64,000 bases of DNA from an uncultured bacterium (GTDB lineage Bacteria; Patescibacteriota; Minisyncoccia; Phycocordibacterales; PALSA-1337): contig CAIQIZ010000009.1 of the NCBI GenBank assembly GCA_903872035.1, forward strand, positions 7,299-71,298, given 5' to 3'. This document shows, in pieces, positions 1 through 9,588 of the stretch (its first letter is position 1; each line of letters begins with the position of its first letter). The notes under the pieces were generated by a model. It ran no database searches and was not told the DNA's origin. It was given only the letters and a program-made list of their open reading frames with translations. The translations under genes and the position numbers were made by a program.

Positions 1-48
1 GAACTGAAGAGCTTCTTCATACTAGACGATTATATCAAAACTTCAGCT

Positions 49-570
49 CTAATGTGGATCATACCACGCCCCCTTTTTCCCTTGACTGGCGGTAATGTCA
101 TAGTAATGAGCGCCTTGCTGGAGTTTTAAAGGATCAAGGCTAATGATCTCCTTGTAGGTCTCATTCTTTATACATGGTGTCGCAGTATTGTAAATGGCCG
201 AGAGTGGATCGGAACGATAATCTATAGTAGCCGGAAATATGAGGACCACGGCATAGACATCTTTACAAAGCAAAGAGACAGAAATGGTTCCACCCTTTTT
301 GTATACGAATGACTTGAAAGTCGAGGGGGCTGGCATATTCTTCAAAGGAGAATATGCCGAATTCTCTGGAGCACTCGGAGCAAATACTGTCTCGGGAGAT
401 ACAGACGGGACTACCATAGGGGTATTGTTTTCGTTTGTTTTTGAAGAAGATGGACCTCGTAAAAATATGATGAATATGAATATAGCAATAAATGAAAGCA
501 GGAGCAGTGCAGTATTCGAACGAAGCAAAGCTGTGATTCGTGCTCTGTCAGATCTTTTATCGACTATCAT
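49..570 (-). CDS. hypothetical membrane-anchored protein (N-terminal TM helix, Pro/Ser-rich linker)
   Basis: ORF track; hydrophobic segment LLLLSFIAIFIFIIFL near N-terminus; no recognisable catalytic motif. Confidence 0.35.
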   Translation of the reverse strand: MIVDKRSDRARITALLRSNTALLLLSFIAIFIFIIFLRGPSSSKTNENNTPMVVPSVSPETVFAPSAPENSAYSPLKNMPAPSTFKSFVYKKGGTISVSLLCKDVYAVVLIFPATIDYRSDPLSAIYNTATPCIKNETYKEIISLDPLKLQQGAHYYDITASQGKKGAWYDPH

Positions 571-1118
571 ATTTTTTTGACTTTAAGCTCGACCAGGAAG
601 TCGGCGACGACATTCCAATAATGTTTGATGGCGAACTGCTTGGCTTCCTCCGATTTCTGATTCCACGGTTCATTGAAGAACAGGGCGTAATTGACCATAT
701 CAAAATCACATCTGATGAGTCGACTCTCTAGGCCATTGTCTTTGCGCCATATCTTGTTGAAGAATGGGAATGTTGCTTCAGAGATCGCACGTTTGGTGAA
801 CGGATCGGCCCAAGCGCGAACAGAAGTGTAATACGAAGAAATGATCGTTACTTTTGCGCCATCTTCAGCGATCCGCCACACCTCATCCATAAATGCGGAC
901 AGATCAACAACTCTTTCCATATAATGATTGATCACGATCTCTGAGGCGGAATTATCTGCGAATTGCGTCCAGGGGTAAGAGCCGAGATCGACGACTTCGT
1001 CGACGCCATCTCTCAACGCTTCATCGATACCGATAAATCCCGGGCCTTTGCTTTTGCCGCCGGCGATATCCAGTTTAAGGCCTTTGGCTCCCCTTTTAGT
1101 GAATGGGTTCATGTTCAT
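567..1118 (-). CDS. class I SAM-dependent methyltransferase-like protein
   Basis: Gly-rich motif-I-like LKLDIAGGKSKGPGFIGID followed by acidic residue; ATGA overlap with downstream gene. Confidence 0.4.
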   Translation of the reverse strand: MNMNPFTKRGAKGLKLDIAGGKSKGPGFIGIDEALRDGVDEVVDLGSYPWTQFADNSASEIVINHYMERVVDLSAFMDEVWRIAEDGAKVTIISSYYTSVRAWADPFTKRAISEATFPFFNKIWRKDNGLESRLIRCDFDMVNYALFFNEPWNQKSEEAKQFAIKHYWNVVADFLVELKVKKI

Positions 1119-1119
1119 G

Positions 1120-2109
1120 TCAGTTTTTCATGATAAAATCATATGCCGCTTTAGATGTCTCTCTCATAAAATCATCAGCTGTTTTTTGATCCCCGCCAAT
1201 GAACCCCAGGCAAAGCAGAGAATTTCTATGTGGCGCGTAGATGATACCGCAATCGGAATGAGTCTTGTCCGTGAGGTCGACGCCGAACTTATGTGCGACC
1301 GGTATATCCTTCGGAATTCCTGCCACTATCTCGTCGTTCTCGATCGAATCATCAAGATATCCCAAGATCAACTGCGAATCCGCCACATTGTCGTATGTCG
1401 CGTTATAAAGAGCGGTGAACATATTGGAAAGCGTTTTTAAATTTATCTTATTGTACGTCGGCATCGCGCCAAGATTGTCTACGCTCCAGCCCATGAAGCT
1501 ATAGACATCTCTAAATGGATCGCCGACACCTATGAGACGCGCCACTTTGATCAGAGCCTGCATGGCAGTATTATCTGAATTTTTAAGCATGATCTCTAGC
1601 AATTGTTGTAGAGAGAACGTCTTATTCGGACCGACTTTGTACAGATCACCGAAGTTGGAATCGAGATCGAGCTCGCTTAAGGTGTAGCTCTCTGAGAGCG
1701 AAAGTTGGCCGTTCTCGACCATCTTCATTATTGCCATCGCCAACGGCACTTTTAAAGTCGAGGCTGCGGTGAACATAGTATCTTCACCTATGCCGATAAA
1801 AGCAGAGTTGTTCAGATAAGCAAAATAGACATATGTTTTCTCTGGGAAACCTGCCTTTATACCCCTGAATTGATCCTCGAGCGGTTTGAAATTTATGATG
1901 AAATGCTTGCCGAGATTGGCAGTGACTACCGGATTGATGAGGGGGGCATCACCGACTGGACCCGACATTGTGCTGGTAGCACTGATCGGAGCGACGATAT
2001 AGGTCGCTCCCCGAGAAAGATTGGTTCGCACCACACGCACATAGGCGACGAACAATCCTGCTAGGAGGCAAATGAAAATGATCTGGATTATTATTATTTT
2101 TTTGCTCAT
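1120..2109 (-). CDS. membrane-anchored serine hydrolase, class A beta-lactamase/PBP-like fold
   Basis: N-terminal TM helix; S-T-L-K (SxxK), S-D-N and K-F-G motifs at class-A-like spacing (about 60 and about 107 residues). Confidence 0.55.
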   Translation of the reverse strand: MSKKIIIIQIIFICLLAGLFVAYVRVVRTNLSRGATYIVAPISATSTMSGPVGDAPLINPVVTANLGKHFIINFKPLEDQFRGIKAGFPEKTYVYFAYLNNSAFIGIGEDTMFTAASTLKVPLAMAIMKMVENGQLSLSESYTLSELDLDSNFGDLYKVGPNKTFSLQQLLEIMLKNSDNTAMQALIKVARLIGVGDPFRDVYSFMGWSVDNLGAMPTYNKINLKTLSNMFTALYNATYDNVADSQLILGYLDDSIENDEIVAGIPKDIPVAHKFGVDLTDKTHSDCGIIYAPHRNSLLCLGFIGGDQKTADDFMRETSKAAYDFIMKN

Positions 2110-2118
2110 GATATTTGG

Positions 2119-2853
2119 TTACCAGACGACTTCGCTCTGCGGATCGAGGTGACCGACCTTGACCCGGGTATCACATGCCACCTTGTAGCCGAGCTTGCGG
2201 ATCTTTGAGAAAAAATGCAGATCCTGTGTGCTCATCTGTGGCCCCTTTTCTTGGCTATATTCCTGGACGGTCTTGAACCAAGGCTTCCCTATCTTTGGGT
2301 CCCTGAATATATCCATCTTAAAGAGAGTGAATCCCATACCCAAACCATCGCACTCCTGGATATCTTTGGTCGGTGGTTGAGGACGAAAATGGAGATCGCC
2401 ATCTTTTCCCTCACCATATATCATCGGCTGACCTCCCTCGCCTTTCGTCCAATATAGACCGCCGACAGCGTCATATTTTTCTATATTTTCATATAGCTTC
2501 AATAGACCGTCTGGAGGAGGAAGATTGTCTTCTTCCATGGTCAAAATATATTTCCACTTTGAGAGCTCAGGGTTGGCAAGGATCTGCTCTATCATATTGT
2601 TATAAGCGTCACCCACTTCCATGCCGCCGGCAAAAACTTTTGTATTCTTTTGATTCATCGGCAACATCAGGCTCCACCACGAACCGACAACCTTGTAATT
2701 GATCATACCTCGTGTAGGAATGACGATGATGGTTGAAAGATCCTTATAAGTATTGCCTTTGATGATGCGGGCAGACTGCTCGACGAGATCGGCATTCTGC
2801 CCTTTCTGCTCGTCTCCGAGCGCGGAGATTTTTAGATTGCTTTGTTTTGTCAT
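2119..2853 (-). CDS. putative GT-A fold glycosyltransferase
   Basis: TIIVIPTRG N-terminal beta-strand typical of GT2-like Rossmann start, acidic EEDN patch; weak. Confidence 0.3.
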   Translation of the reverse strand: MTKQSNLKISALGDEQKGQNADLVEQSARIIKGNTYKDLSTIIVIPTRGMINYKVVGSWWSLMLPMNQKNTKVFAGGMEVGDAYNNMIEQILANPELSKWKYILTMEEDNLPPPDGLLKLYENIEKYDAVGGLYWTKGEGGQPMIYGEGKDGDLHFRPQPPTKDIQECDGLGMGFTLFKMDIFRDPKIGKPWFKTVQEYSQEKGPQMSTQDLHFFSKIRKLGYKVACDTRVKVGHLDPQSEVVW

Positions 2854-2869
2854 TTTTGAGTCGTCACTA

Positions 2870-4381
2870 TTATTCGATGTTGGTGAACAATATCCACGGT
2901 TCGATGATACCAGCGGTAGTACCAGTCAACGAAGTTGCGTTTATCGAAGCTGGCATGGCCGCGCTTCCTACGGTGCCGATACCCAAGATCAATTGTTTCG
3001 AGGCGGCCGAGGCTACACCAACGTTACCCGAGAATGTCGGGGCAGAGACCGCATTGGTAGAACTGTTCGATAGGATCTTTTCGCCAGCTCCACCGTAAAG
3101 CGTGACGTTACCAGCGTTACCTGTAGCTATCCTCACCCCATACCAATAGTTTCCCGGCGTCGCATTCACGGTCATAGGAACAGATATCCTTCTGACACCA
3201 GCGAAAGAGGCCGAGGAAACAGAGGTCGTACCTGAAGAATACGTGTACGACGCCGATCCTGAAGAGACGGTGCTCAGTGTGCTGGCATTCATAGTGTATA
3301 TGAATATACTGACACTGAATGAAGCATTGCTGGAAGAAGACGGTATAGCGAAGCTTCCCAAGGCCATGACACGTGAGGCGGATAGGCTCTGCATGAGCGG
3401 CAGATAGCCGAAATACACCCCAGAAGTGACCAAGGCAGCGCTCGAAGCGATAGCCTGGCCCGGCGGCCACTGCAGATTGCTCAAAGTCGCACCGCCTGCC
3501 GCCGCACTGGCCGTGACTACTCCATTCGTGCTGATTCCAAATGAGACGTTGTTGGAGTTGCTAAAATTGATCGTACCTATAGTCACAGGTGCGGCATTGT
3601 TAGCGGTAACCGCAGCTATCGTTGTCGTACCTTGGATACCCAAACCAGCCAAGACACCATTTTCACAGATCAAAGCTTGAGATGATGCGACATTGGAGTC
3701 GTACCACATGATACCATTGGGTGAACATTGCTGGCCGACATAAGCGGCGGCATTCTGGTTATCCAGAGCAAAATATATAGGTGTGGCCTGTCCAGCACCT
3801 GTCCCGACTTGAACACGTCCGTTTACGGTGTCAGTTTTTAGATATGAACCATAGACATTATTAGCTGTCAAAGCATATGGCGACGAAAGGAGCTGTTGGC
3901 GCGGCGAGAGCGGTTCCCATCCTCCAGTACAGGTAGTCGGTGCATTGTTCACGGCTACTTGGAGATAGGCGATCGATGTGGTCGAGAAATCAAAGACGGT
4001 TGAAGTCAAAGTATCGGCCTGACCGATCACCGCGCTAAATACTCCATCGGTCGTAGTCGCTGTCGTCGTGGCTGGAGTCGATGCTGGCCAGAGTTTGTTT
4101 CCACCATTGGCAGAATCGTATATAGAAAACTGGTAGCAATACGAGGTGCCTGTGCCACCGAGGGCATTACCGGATGAATCTGTCAGGCGACCTTCATAGG
4201 CGATCTGCAATGGTGTTCCGGCTGCGGCTACGCTATTCTCCGGCCAGATCAAGTTGGCAGCTAGAGAAATGATCAGCACCACAGACAAAATCCCCTGAAT
4301 GAAAATGAGGCAGCCAGTGAAAATCGCGCTCGACTTTTTGGAGAATAGCAATCTTACTTTTCCGTCTTTTGATATCGACAT
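2870..4381 (-). CDS. secreted/anchored Thr/Ser/Ala/Gly-rich surface protein (S-layer or adhesin-like)
   Basis: N-terminal TM/signal anchor GCLIFIQGILSVVLIISLAANLIW; TTTATTTDG and long S/T/A/G-rich tracts; no enzymatic motifs. Confidence 0.5.
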   Translation of the reverse strand: MSISKDGKVRLLFSKKSSAIFTGCLIFIQGILSVVLIISLAANLIWPENSVAAAGTPLQIAYEGRLTDSSGNALGGTGTSYCYQFSIYDSANGGNKLWPASTPATTTATTTDGVFSAVIGQADTLTSTVFDFSTTSIAYLQVAVNNAPTTCTGGWEPLSPRQQLLSSPYALTANNVYGSYLKTDTVNGRVQVGTGAGQATPIYFALDNQNAAAYVGQQCSPNGIMWYDSNVASSQALICENGVLAGLGIQGTTTIAAVTANNAAPVTIGTINFSNSNNVSFGISTNGVVTASAAAGGATLSNLQWPPGQAIASSAALVTSGVYFGYLPLMQSLSASRVMALGSFAIPSSSSNASFSVSIFIYTMNASTLSTVSSGSASYTYSSGTTSVSSASFAGVRRISVPMTVNATPGNYWYGVRIATGNAGNVTLYGGAGEKILSNSSTNAVSAPTFSGNVGVASAASKQLILGIGTVGSAAMPASINATSLTGTTAGIIEPWILFTNIE

Positions 4382-4384
4382 ATG

Positions 4385-5008
4385 TTAAAAGCTCATCTGA
4401 TCGAGTGATCTATCGGCTGAGATGTATGACTCTTCAAATTCTTTTTGCAGGATCTCGCTTTTGGGCAAGCTGGATTCGTTCTTATGGAAATTTGCATGCA
4501 CGGCCAGCTCTATGGGCGAAATGTTCTTGAAAAAATACGTCTCTGTCCCCTTACCCTTTTCTTTCGCGAGAGTATATTGCCATCCAAAATCTTTGACATC
4601 CTCGATAGTCTCCGGTTTCAAGAATTTTGACATGATCGATCCCGTCGGGATCACCGAATCTACGCGATATATAATATCATAGTTCACGCCTCGAGCGATC
4701 GGGAAAGATTTTGGGTAAAGCGACTGAACGACTCTGGTCATCTCTTGACCGAGCTTGGAAACGTCAGGCGCGCGAAATGTTTTATCCTCGAGTCGGATAT
4801 GCGACGGGTTAAAAACCCACATCAGACCCTGTGACGGAAATTCGAAGATGCGTGTAGCTGTCGATGTATTATCTGAATACAAAGAGCCCTTTGAGGCTTC
4901 TCCTGGATAGGCTGAAAAGACCGCCGCAGGATCAGGCAAGATCAGAGAATTTTCTGCGAAAGCGAAAACTATATTTGACCTCTGCATATGTTTGGCAGTT
5001 ATTTTCAT
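4385..5008 (-). CDS. hypothetical soluble protein
   Basis: ORF track; sits between the two surface-protein genes in same operon. Confidence 0.35.
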   Translation of the reverse strand: MKITAKHMQRSNIVFAFAENSLILPDPAAVFSAYPGEASKGSLYSDNTSTATRIFEFPSQGLMWVFNPSHIRLEDKTFRAPDVSKLGQEMTRVVQSLYPKSFPIARGVNYDIIYRVDSVIPTGSIMSKFLKPETIEDVKDFGWQYTLAKEKGKGTETYFFKNISPIELAVHANFHKNESSLPKSEILQKEFEESYISADRSLDQMSF

Positions 5009-5011
5009 GTT

Positions 5012-6769
5012 CTATTGGATTATAGTTTCCGTTGTTGAAGTGGCTATCACGGTGATAGGAAATATCTGACTGACAGGCGTCCACCCTCCAGTGTCATCTT
5101 CTTCCGCAGTCAATAACCAGTATTTTCCACCGTCTATGGTCTGTGACAGATTCGACAGGTCATAATGGAACGAGCCTTGATTGCATTCTAGAGCATTATT
5201 GACTACATATGAAGACGGTTTCTTTTTATAATCCGACTGGTCGCGATATGCGAGAATGACGAAATATTTTCTGGAACAGTTTCCAGAAACAACGAGAGAT
5301 GACCCGATCAAGTTCGGCGAGACTTTTATATTTGAATTCTGATTATATGATTTATCGACTACCGGATCGCCGCCCAAGACAAACGAAACGACTTTTTTTG
5401 TGATAACAGCTGGTGTTGGAGGCGGGGGCTTAATGACGACAGTAGGAGTCGGGGTCGGAGGCGAAGGCGGGGTTGGATCGATTACTGAATATACCGCATC
5501 TGCGGCCGAGGCTAGAGTATCTGACAAGGCTTCTTTCAAAGTCCGATCGTAGCTGACTTTAGCATACATCCCATCCAGATATATATCAGGTTTTTCATCT
5601 AGAGTCGGCAAAGTTGACACCATTATCTGTAGATTATTTAGGTCTTCCCATGAGGAGATCGGTACCGCGATCTTGTAATCCTTCCAGTTGTCCAAACCTA
5701 CCGTGCCTATGCTTACCCATCTCACCCCATCTGTGCTGTAGCTTATTTGAAGGAATGGATTTGATGAGCGTGACGGGTCATCTGTCTCTGCTTCGGCTAT
5801 AGCAGCAAATTTCGTCATGATATTCTCGATGAAGCTCGTTGGACCGGAGTTGACGGTAGAATCTCCCGGAGAAGTTGGCGGAGCTGTCACAGGTGCGGGT
5901 GGTGGAGTATCAGTCGTAGGAGGTAAAGCCGGCGGTGGCGGAGGCGGAGGTGATGATGTGTCAGGAGCAGATGAGGATGGAGGGGAAGATGTATCAGGAG
6001 GAGGCGGCACTTGGCCCGATCCTGTTGATGGGCTAGCGTTTGTAGATGCATCAACATTGCTCGATGTCGAACTTGTAGCAGGACTTGTCGTAGAAGAGGT
6101 GCTTTGAATATTCGGGGTAACAGATGTCGTTGTTGAAGATATGGATGAAGATGATTGGGTCGTGCTTGTACCAAGAGAATTATTTCCCGTGGAAGAAACA
6201 GACGTTGTAGACGTCGTGGTCGACAAGATCATAGGATTATTCGATGAAGATAGGTTGCTTGCCGATGTTGAGGATGAACTGTCCAAGACCATCTTAAGTG
6301 GCGTATAAATCGGTGATGAGGCTCTAAATGCCGGAGATGAACTTGCTTGCAAGGCATTAGTTGTCGATGCGACTGTTGTTGACGCAACGGTATTCCGAGC
6401 CGACATCAAGGAACCTTGACCGATCAACCATTGGAATTGCACAACGACAGCTGTCGGCGGATTCGTAGATTGATCTGTGGAAAAATATCCACAAAATATC
6501 TGGGCAGCAACGGAAGATGCTAGAAATGCAGAATTATATGTAGTATATGAAGATGGTGGATCAGATATCGAAAGGTCCGGTTGCCCGCTGGCATTCTTTG
6601 GATTGCTCCAGCCGCCGAGACAGAAGCTTGGATAAAAAATGGTGCTGGCCGCTCGAACGGAGCGCGGATTTGAGATGATTTTACCAGTCAACAACGCGAT
6701 GAAAACGATTACAATACCAATCAAGGAATATGATACGGTTAAGATGGTATATCGTGTAATTCTCTTCAT
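5012..6769 (-). CDS. mucin-like Ser/Thr/Pro-rich cell-surface protein
   Basis: N-terminal TM anchor; about 150-aa S/T-rich tract followed by PPPPPPPALPPTTDTPPPAPVTAPPTSP proline-rich linker and a C-terminal globular domain. Confidence 0.5.
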   Translation of the reverse strand: MKRITRYTILTVSYSLIGIVIVFIALLTGKIISNPRSVRAASTIFYPSFCLGGWSNPKNASGQPDLSISDPPSSYTTYNSAFLASSVAAQIFCGYFSTDQSTNPPTAVVVQFQWLIGQGSLMSARNTVASTTVASTTNALQASSSPAFRASSPIYTPLKMVLDSSSSTSASNLSSSNNPMILSTTTSTTSVSSTGNNSLGTSTTQSSSSISSTTTSVTPNIQSTSSTTSPATSSTSSNVDASTNASPSTGSGQVPPPPDTSSPPSSSAPDTSSPPPPPPPALPPTTDTPPPAPVTAPPTSPGDSTVNSGPTSFIENIMTKFAAIAEAETDDPSRSSNPFLQISYSTDGVRWVSIGTVGLDNWKDYKIAVPISSWEDLNNLQIMVSTLPTLDEKPDIYLDGMYAKVSYDRTLKEALSDTLASAADAVYSVIDPTPPSPPTPTPTVVIKPPPPTPAVITKKVVSFVLGGDPVVDKSYNQNSNIKVSPNLIGSSLVVSGNCSRKYFVILAYRDQSDYKKKPSSYVVNNALECNQGSFHYDLSNLSQTIDGGKYWLLTAEEDDTGGWTPVSQIFPITVIATSTTETIIQ

Positions 6770-6860
6770 AATATATATAATATCAAAAATACCAACGATG
6801 ATACATGTGTACGAACTATTATATCAATAAAATCTCGCCTGCCCTAATTTACGGATCCGA

Positions 6861-6894
6861 GTATTTCAAAACGCAAAACAGCCCGAGGGGCTGC
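6861..6894 (-). terminator. rho-independent terminator (minus strand)
   Basis: GCAGCCC-CUC-GGGCUG hairpin followed on minus strand by UUUUGCGUUUUG. Confidence 0.5.
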
Positions 6895-7034
6895 TTTGTG
6901 AGACATTTCTTGGAGAGTGCCCACACTGGGTACTCATAGGCAAGATATTAACACAATTTACGTTGTGAGGCAATGCGAGTTATTCCGACAAGCGAAGAGC
7001 GTGTAAATGTGAGCATTTACAACGTCTGAGCGCT

Positions 7035-7060
7035 GTCGGAAAAAGATACGTAGTATCTTA
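7035..7060 (-). terminator. small terminator-like hairpin directly 3' of hairpin-element copy 1
   Basis: minus strand AGATAC-uac-GUAUCU followed by UUUUU; weak AT-rich stem. Confidence 0.3.
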
Positions 7061-7068
7061 TCAACAGG

Positions 7069-7214
7069 CTTGGCGGACAACATCTCCTCACCTCCTCGCA
7101 AGGTCGCCATTCCAAATTGCAGCCGTAGGCGCTTCCAAGGATTCAGCGCCTACGGGCAATTCGTTCATGGCTCAGATCACATTGCGAGTCGGCTCGAATA
7201 TGTTGTCCGCCAAG
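7069..7214 (-). repeat. extended-hairpin structured element, copy 1 (about 146 nt), begins 3 nt after stop of 7218-9515 gene
   Basis: 15-bp perfect closing stem CTTGGCGGACAACAT/ATGTTGTCCGCCAAG; interior about 90 percent identical to 55788-55937 in inverted orientation; internal 11-bp perfect hairpin CCGTAGGCGCT/AGCGCCTACGG. Confidence 0.7.
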
Positions 7215-7217
7215 CTA

Positions 7218-9515
7218 CTATTTGCCGCTCTGCACTTGCTTAATGGCCGCATCGATCTGATCTTTGAGCTCAGGATGCAACTTCTGGAGGGCTTGCAAAG
7301 TCTTGACCGCAGCTGATTTTTGACCAGACACATATTGGAGCTGGGCCAATTGTCCTTGCAGATTGATATCTGACGGGCTGCTCGAGGCCAAGTTGGTATA
7401 TATGGCGATAGCCTTGCTATATTCCTTCCTTGAAGAATAGACACTGGCCATCTGTTGCGAACCAAAGATGACTGGGTCATTACCAAAGAGCTTATGAGCT
7501 TCTGTTTCTTTGCCATCCAAAACCAAAGTGATAGCGTAGGCATTTTTGGCTTGCGCGTAATCCGGAGCAGACTCATAAGCTTGTTTCAGCAGCGCTTCGG
7601 CCTCCGCCGCTTTGCCAGAATTGATGTATGCATTCGCTAGTTCGAAATCCAACGTCTGTTTGGCCGGTGAGAGCTCATGACCCTTTTCCAAAAGTTCCAA
7701 AGCTGGAACATATTGACCGATACTGTTGTAGAAGGCTCCACCTAGAACATAAGCGCGGGCATCTTTGGGCGTAGCAGCCACCTGAGCTTGGATCTCTTTG
7801 CTGGCTAGAGTAAAGAATGCCTGCTTGGTCGGTCCGGCTACCTGCTGACTGGCAATGACGCTACCAGCACAAGACATGACTTGCTCGCGAATCTCCTGGT
7901 TAGCTAGGTAGACATTTACATTCAAAGCACTCTGAAAGGCCGCGGTGTCTAGGTTCTGACCGCCACAAGTCTGTAAAGCAGTGATGAGACGGCTATTGGC
8001 TTCGATCGGTCGGATATTGTAGAAGTAGACCGCACCGATCAAAAGAACGATCGCTATAGGTGCCACGATATATTCGACAGCATCCATTCTAGTCGGCTCT
8101 GTGCCGAACCAATTCAGAGATTGCCAGCGGGACGCACCAACATTCCCTACCGAAGGATTTGAACCGATGGGGACAGTCGCCCCGACCAAAGATTTTGTAT
8201 CTGCTTTTGGCAATGAATTCGCGAATCCCAGAGCCGCGAAGAACAAGACGTAGCTGGCCAAGTTATCGAAGACGAATACATTGTGAACAAAGTAGCCAGC
8301 GAGCAATCCTGTGAGGACGCTCTTTTCGAGGATGCCAAGCGAAGACTTCCAAACGGCCACAAGAAAAAGAACGTATAAGGCGAGATATGCCATCAATCCG
8401 ACGATTCCAGAATCGACTAACCAGTCGAGGAAGACGTTGTGAGCGCGGTCGAACCATTGCTCTTGGGCATACATGGCCGGATTGTAATCGGCATTGAATA
8501 TATAGTTGAAATTCTCTTGACCCCAACCGAACAATGGACGATGCATAGCGCCGTTTATCGCCATCGGCCAAATGAACTGGCGGGCCTGATTGGAAGCTTC
8601 ATACCAAGAAAGATTGGAGAACCTTCCGAGGATCGGGTTTGTTGTGATGGATGGATTGTGGCGATTGGCCCAAAATACCAAACCTAGGAGCACGATGAGA
8701 GCGATGATCCCTCCAGATATCCATCGTCTTTTCTTCGATTCTCCCTTGCCAAAAAATGCGTAGATGGCGCAAGCCAGCATGATACCGCCTATCAAGCCTA
8801 GGATGGTACCGCGAGTTTGAGTCTCCAAAATAATGAACCCGAAGAGCACAGCAAGAACTGCATAGACCCATTGCAAGGATCCGGCATACAGCATCTTCTT
8901 GGCGCGAGCCACGAAGAACATATAAGCCGCGATGAAACCGCTGAGCAACATGTATATGGCCATATAAGCAGAGTTACCAAGAGATGCATCCAAACGCGTC
9001 GCCCCTTGGTGAGTCGGAGTCCAACCGAGGAATTGAGCGATGCCGTATAGAGCGACGATGAAAGCGATGAGCAATGAGGCATTGAACCAACGATGCCATG
9101 ATCTTTGACCATTCTCCGTAGAGACTCCCCCGCTGCGGAGATCCATGGGACCGAAGAGGCTGGTAGTGACGATATAGAAAGCCCAGAGATGGATGATGAC
9201 GATCCAACCTTCCATGCGCTCGAAGTTAGACCAGAGGCTACGGAGCGGATTGACACCGAGAAGATCGGCGATGAGAGCGATCAGGGCAAATAGAGTCACT
9301 CCGATAGTAAGCGGTGAGATTCGTGGTCGGTATTTTGGTTCGATGAAAGCCAAAATTGCCCAGGCGGCAAAGGCTATCTCCACTAGGATCCTAAAATAAA
9401 AAGCTTTTCCAGTGATGAATGGGAAGAAAAATGAATTGGTGACGATCAGAGGAAAGATCGGGATCAGGAACAAAGCGGCAATGGCAACATACTGGGCGAT
9501 TTTTTTTATAGGCAT
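7218..9515 (-). CDS. O-antigen ligase/Wzy_C-family polytopic membrane protein with C-terminal TPR repeat domain
   Basis: about 12 predicted TM segments in N-terminal 450 aa; C-terminal about 250 aa with repeated TPR-like A-x-x-Y/L patterns (e.g. AKNAYAITLVLDGKETEAHKLF). Confidence 0.6.
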   Translation of the reverse strand: MPIKKIAQYVAIAALFLIPIFPLIVTNSFFFPFITGKAFYFRILVEIAFAAWAILAFIEPKYRPRISPLTIGVTLFALIALIADLLGVNPLRSLWSNFERMEGWIVIIHLWAFYIVTTSLFGPMDLRSGGVSTENGQRSWHRWFNASLLIAFIVALYGIAQFLGWTPTHQGATRLDASLGNSAYMAIYMLLSGFIAAYMFFVARAKKMLYAGSLQWVYAVLAVLFGFIILETQTRGTILGLIGGIMLACAIYAFFGKGESKKRRWISGGIIALIVLLGLVFWANRHNPSITTNPILGRFSNLSWYEASNQARQFIWPMAINGAMHRPLFGWGQENFNYIFNADYNPAMYAQEQWFDRAHNVFLDWLVDSGIVGLMAYLALYVLFLVAVWKSSLGILEKSVLTGLLAGYFVHNVFVFDNLASYVLFFAALGFANSLPKADTKSLVGATVPIGSNPSVGNVGASRWQSLNWFGTEPTRMDAVEYIVAPIAIVLLIGAVYFYNIRPIEANSRLITALQTCGGQNLDTAAFQSALNVNVYLANQEIREQVMSCAGSVIASQQVAGPTKQAFFTLASKEIQAQVAATPKDARAYVLGGAFYNSIGQYVPALELLEKGHELSPAKQTLDFELANAYINSGKAAEAEALLKQAYESAPDYAQAKNAYAITLVLDGKETEAHKLFGNDPVIFGSQQMASVYSSRKEYSKAIAIYTNLASSSPSDINLQGQLAQLQYVSGQKSAAVKTLQALQKLHPELKDQIDAAIKQVQSGK

Positions 9516-9588
9516 GAGAATTTCCGATAAATATTAATATAGAAAAACACTATAGCATATAAAATAAATTGTGTGTTAGTATGGCTCC

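Noticed and set aside
6900-7068. Riboswitch-like arrangement (hairpin-element copy 1, then a 170-nt spacer, then a terminator, then the surface-protein gene)
   Set aside because: Copy 2 has no comparable downstream terminator and abuts mraY directly, and the third member lies inside an operon. The only feature shared by all three is placement immediately after a stop codon, so the 3'-UTR element interpretation was preferred.
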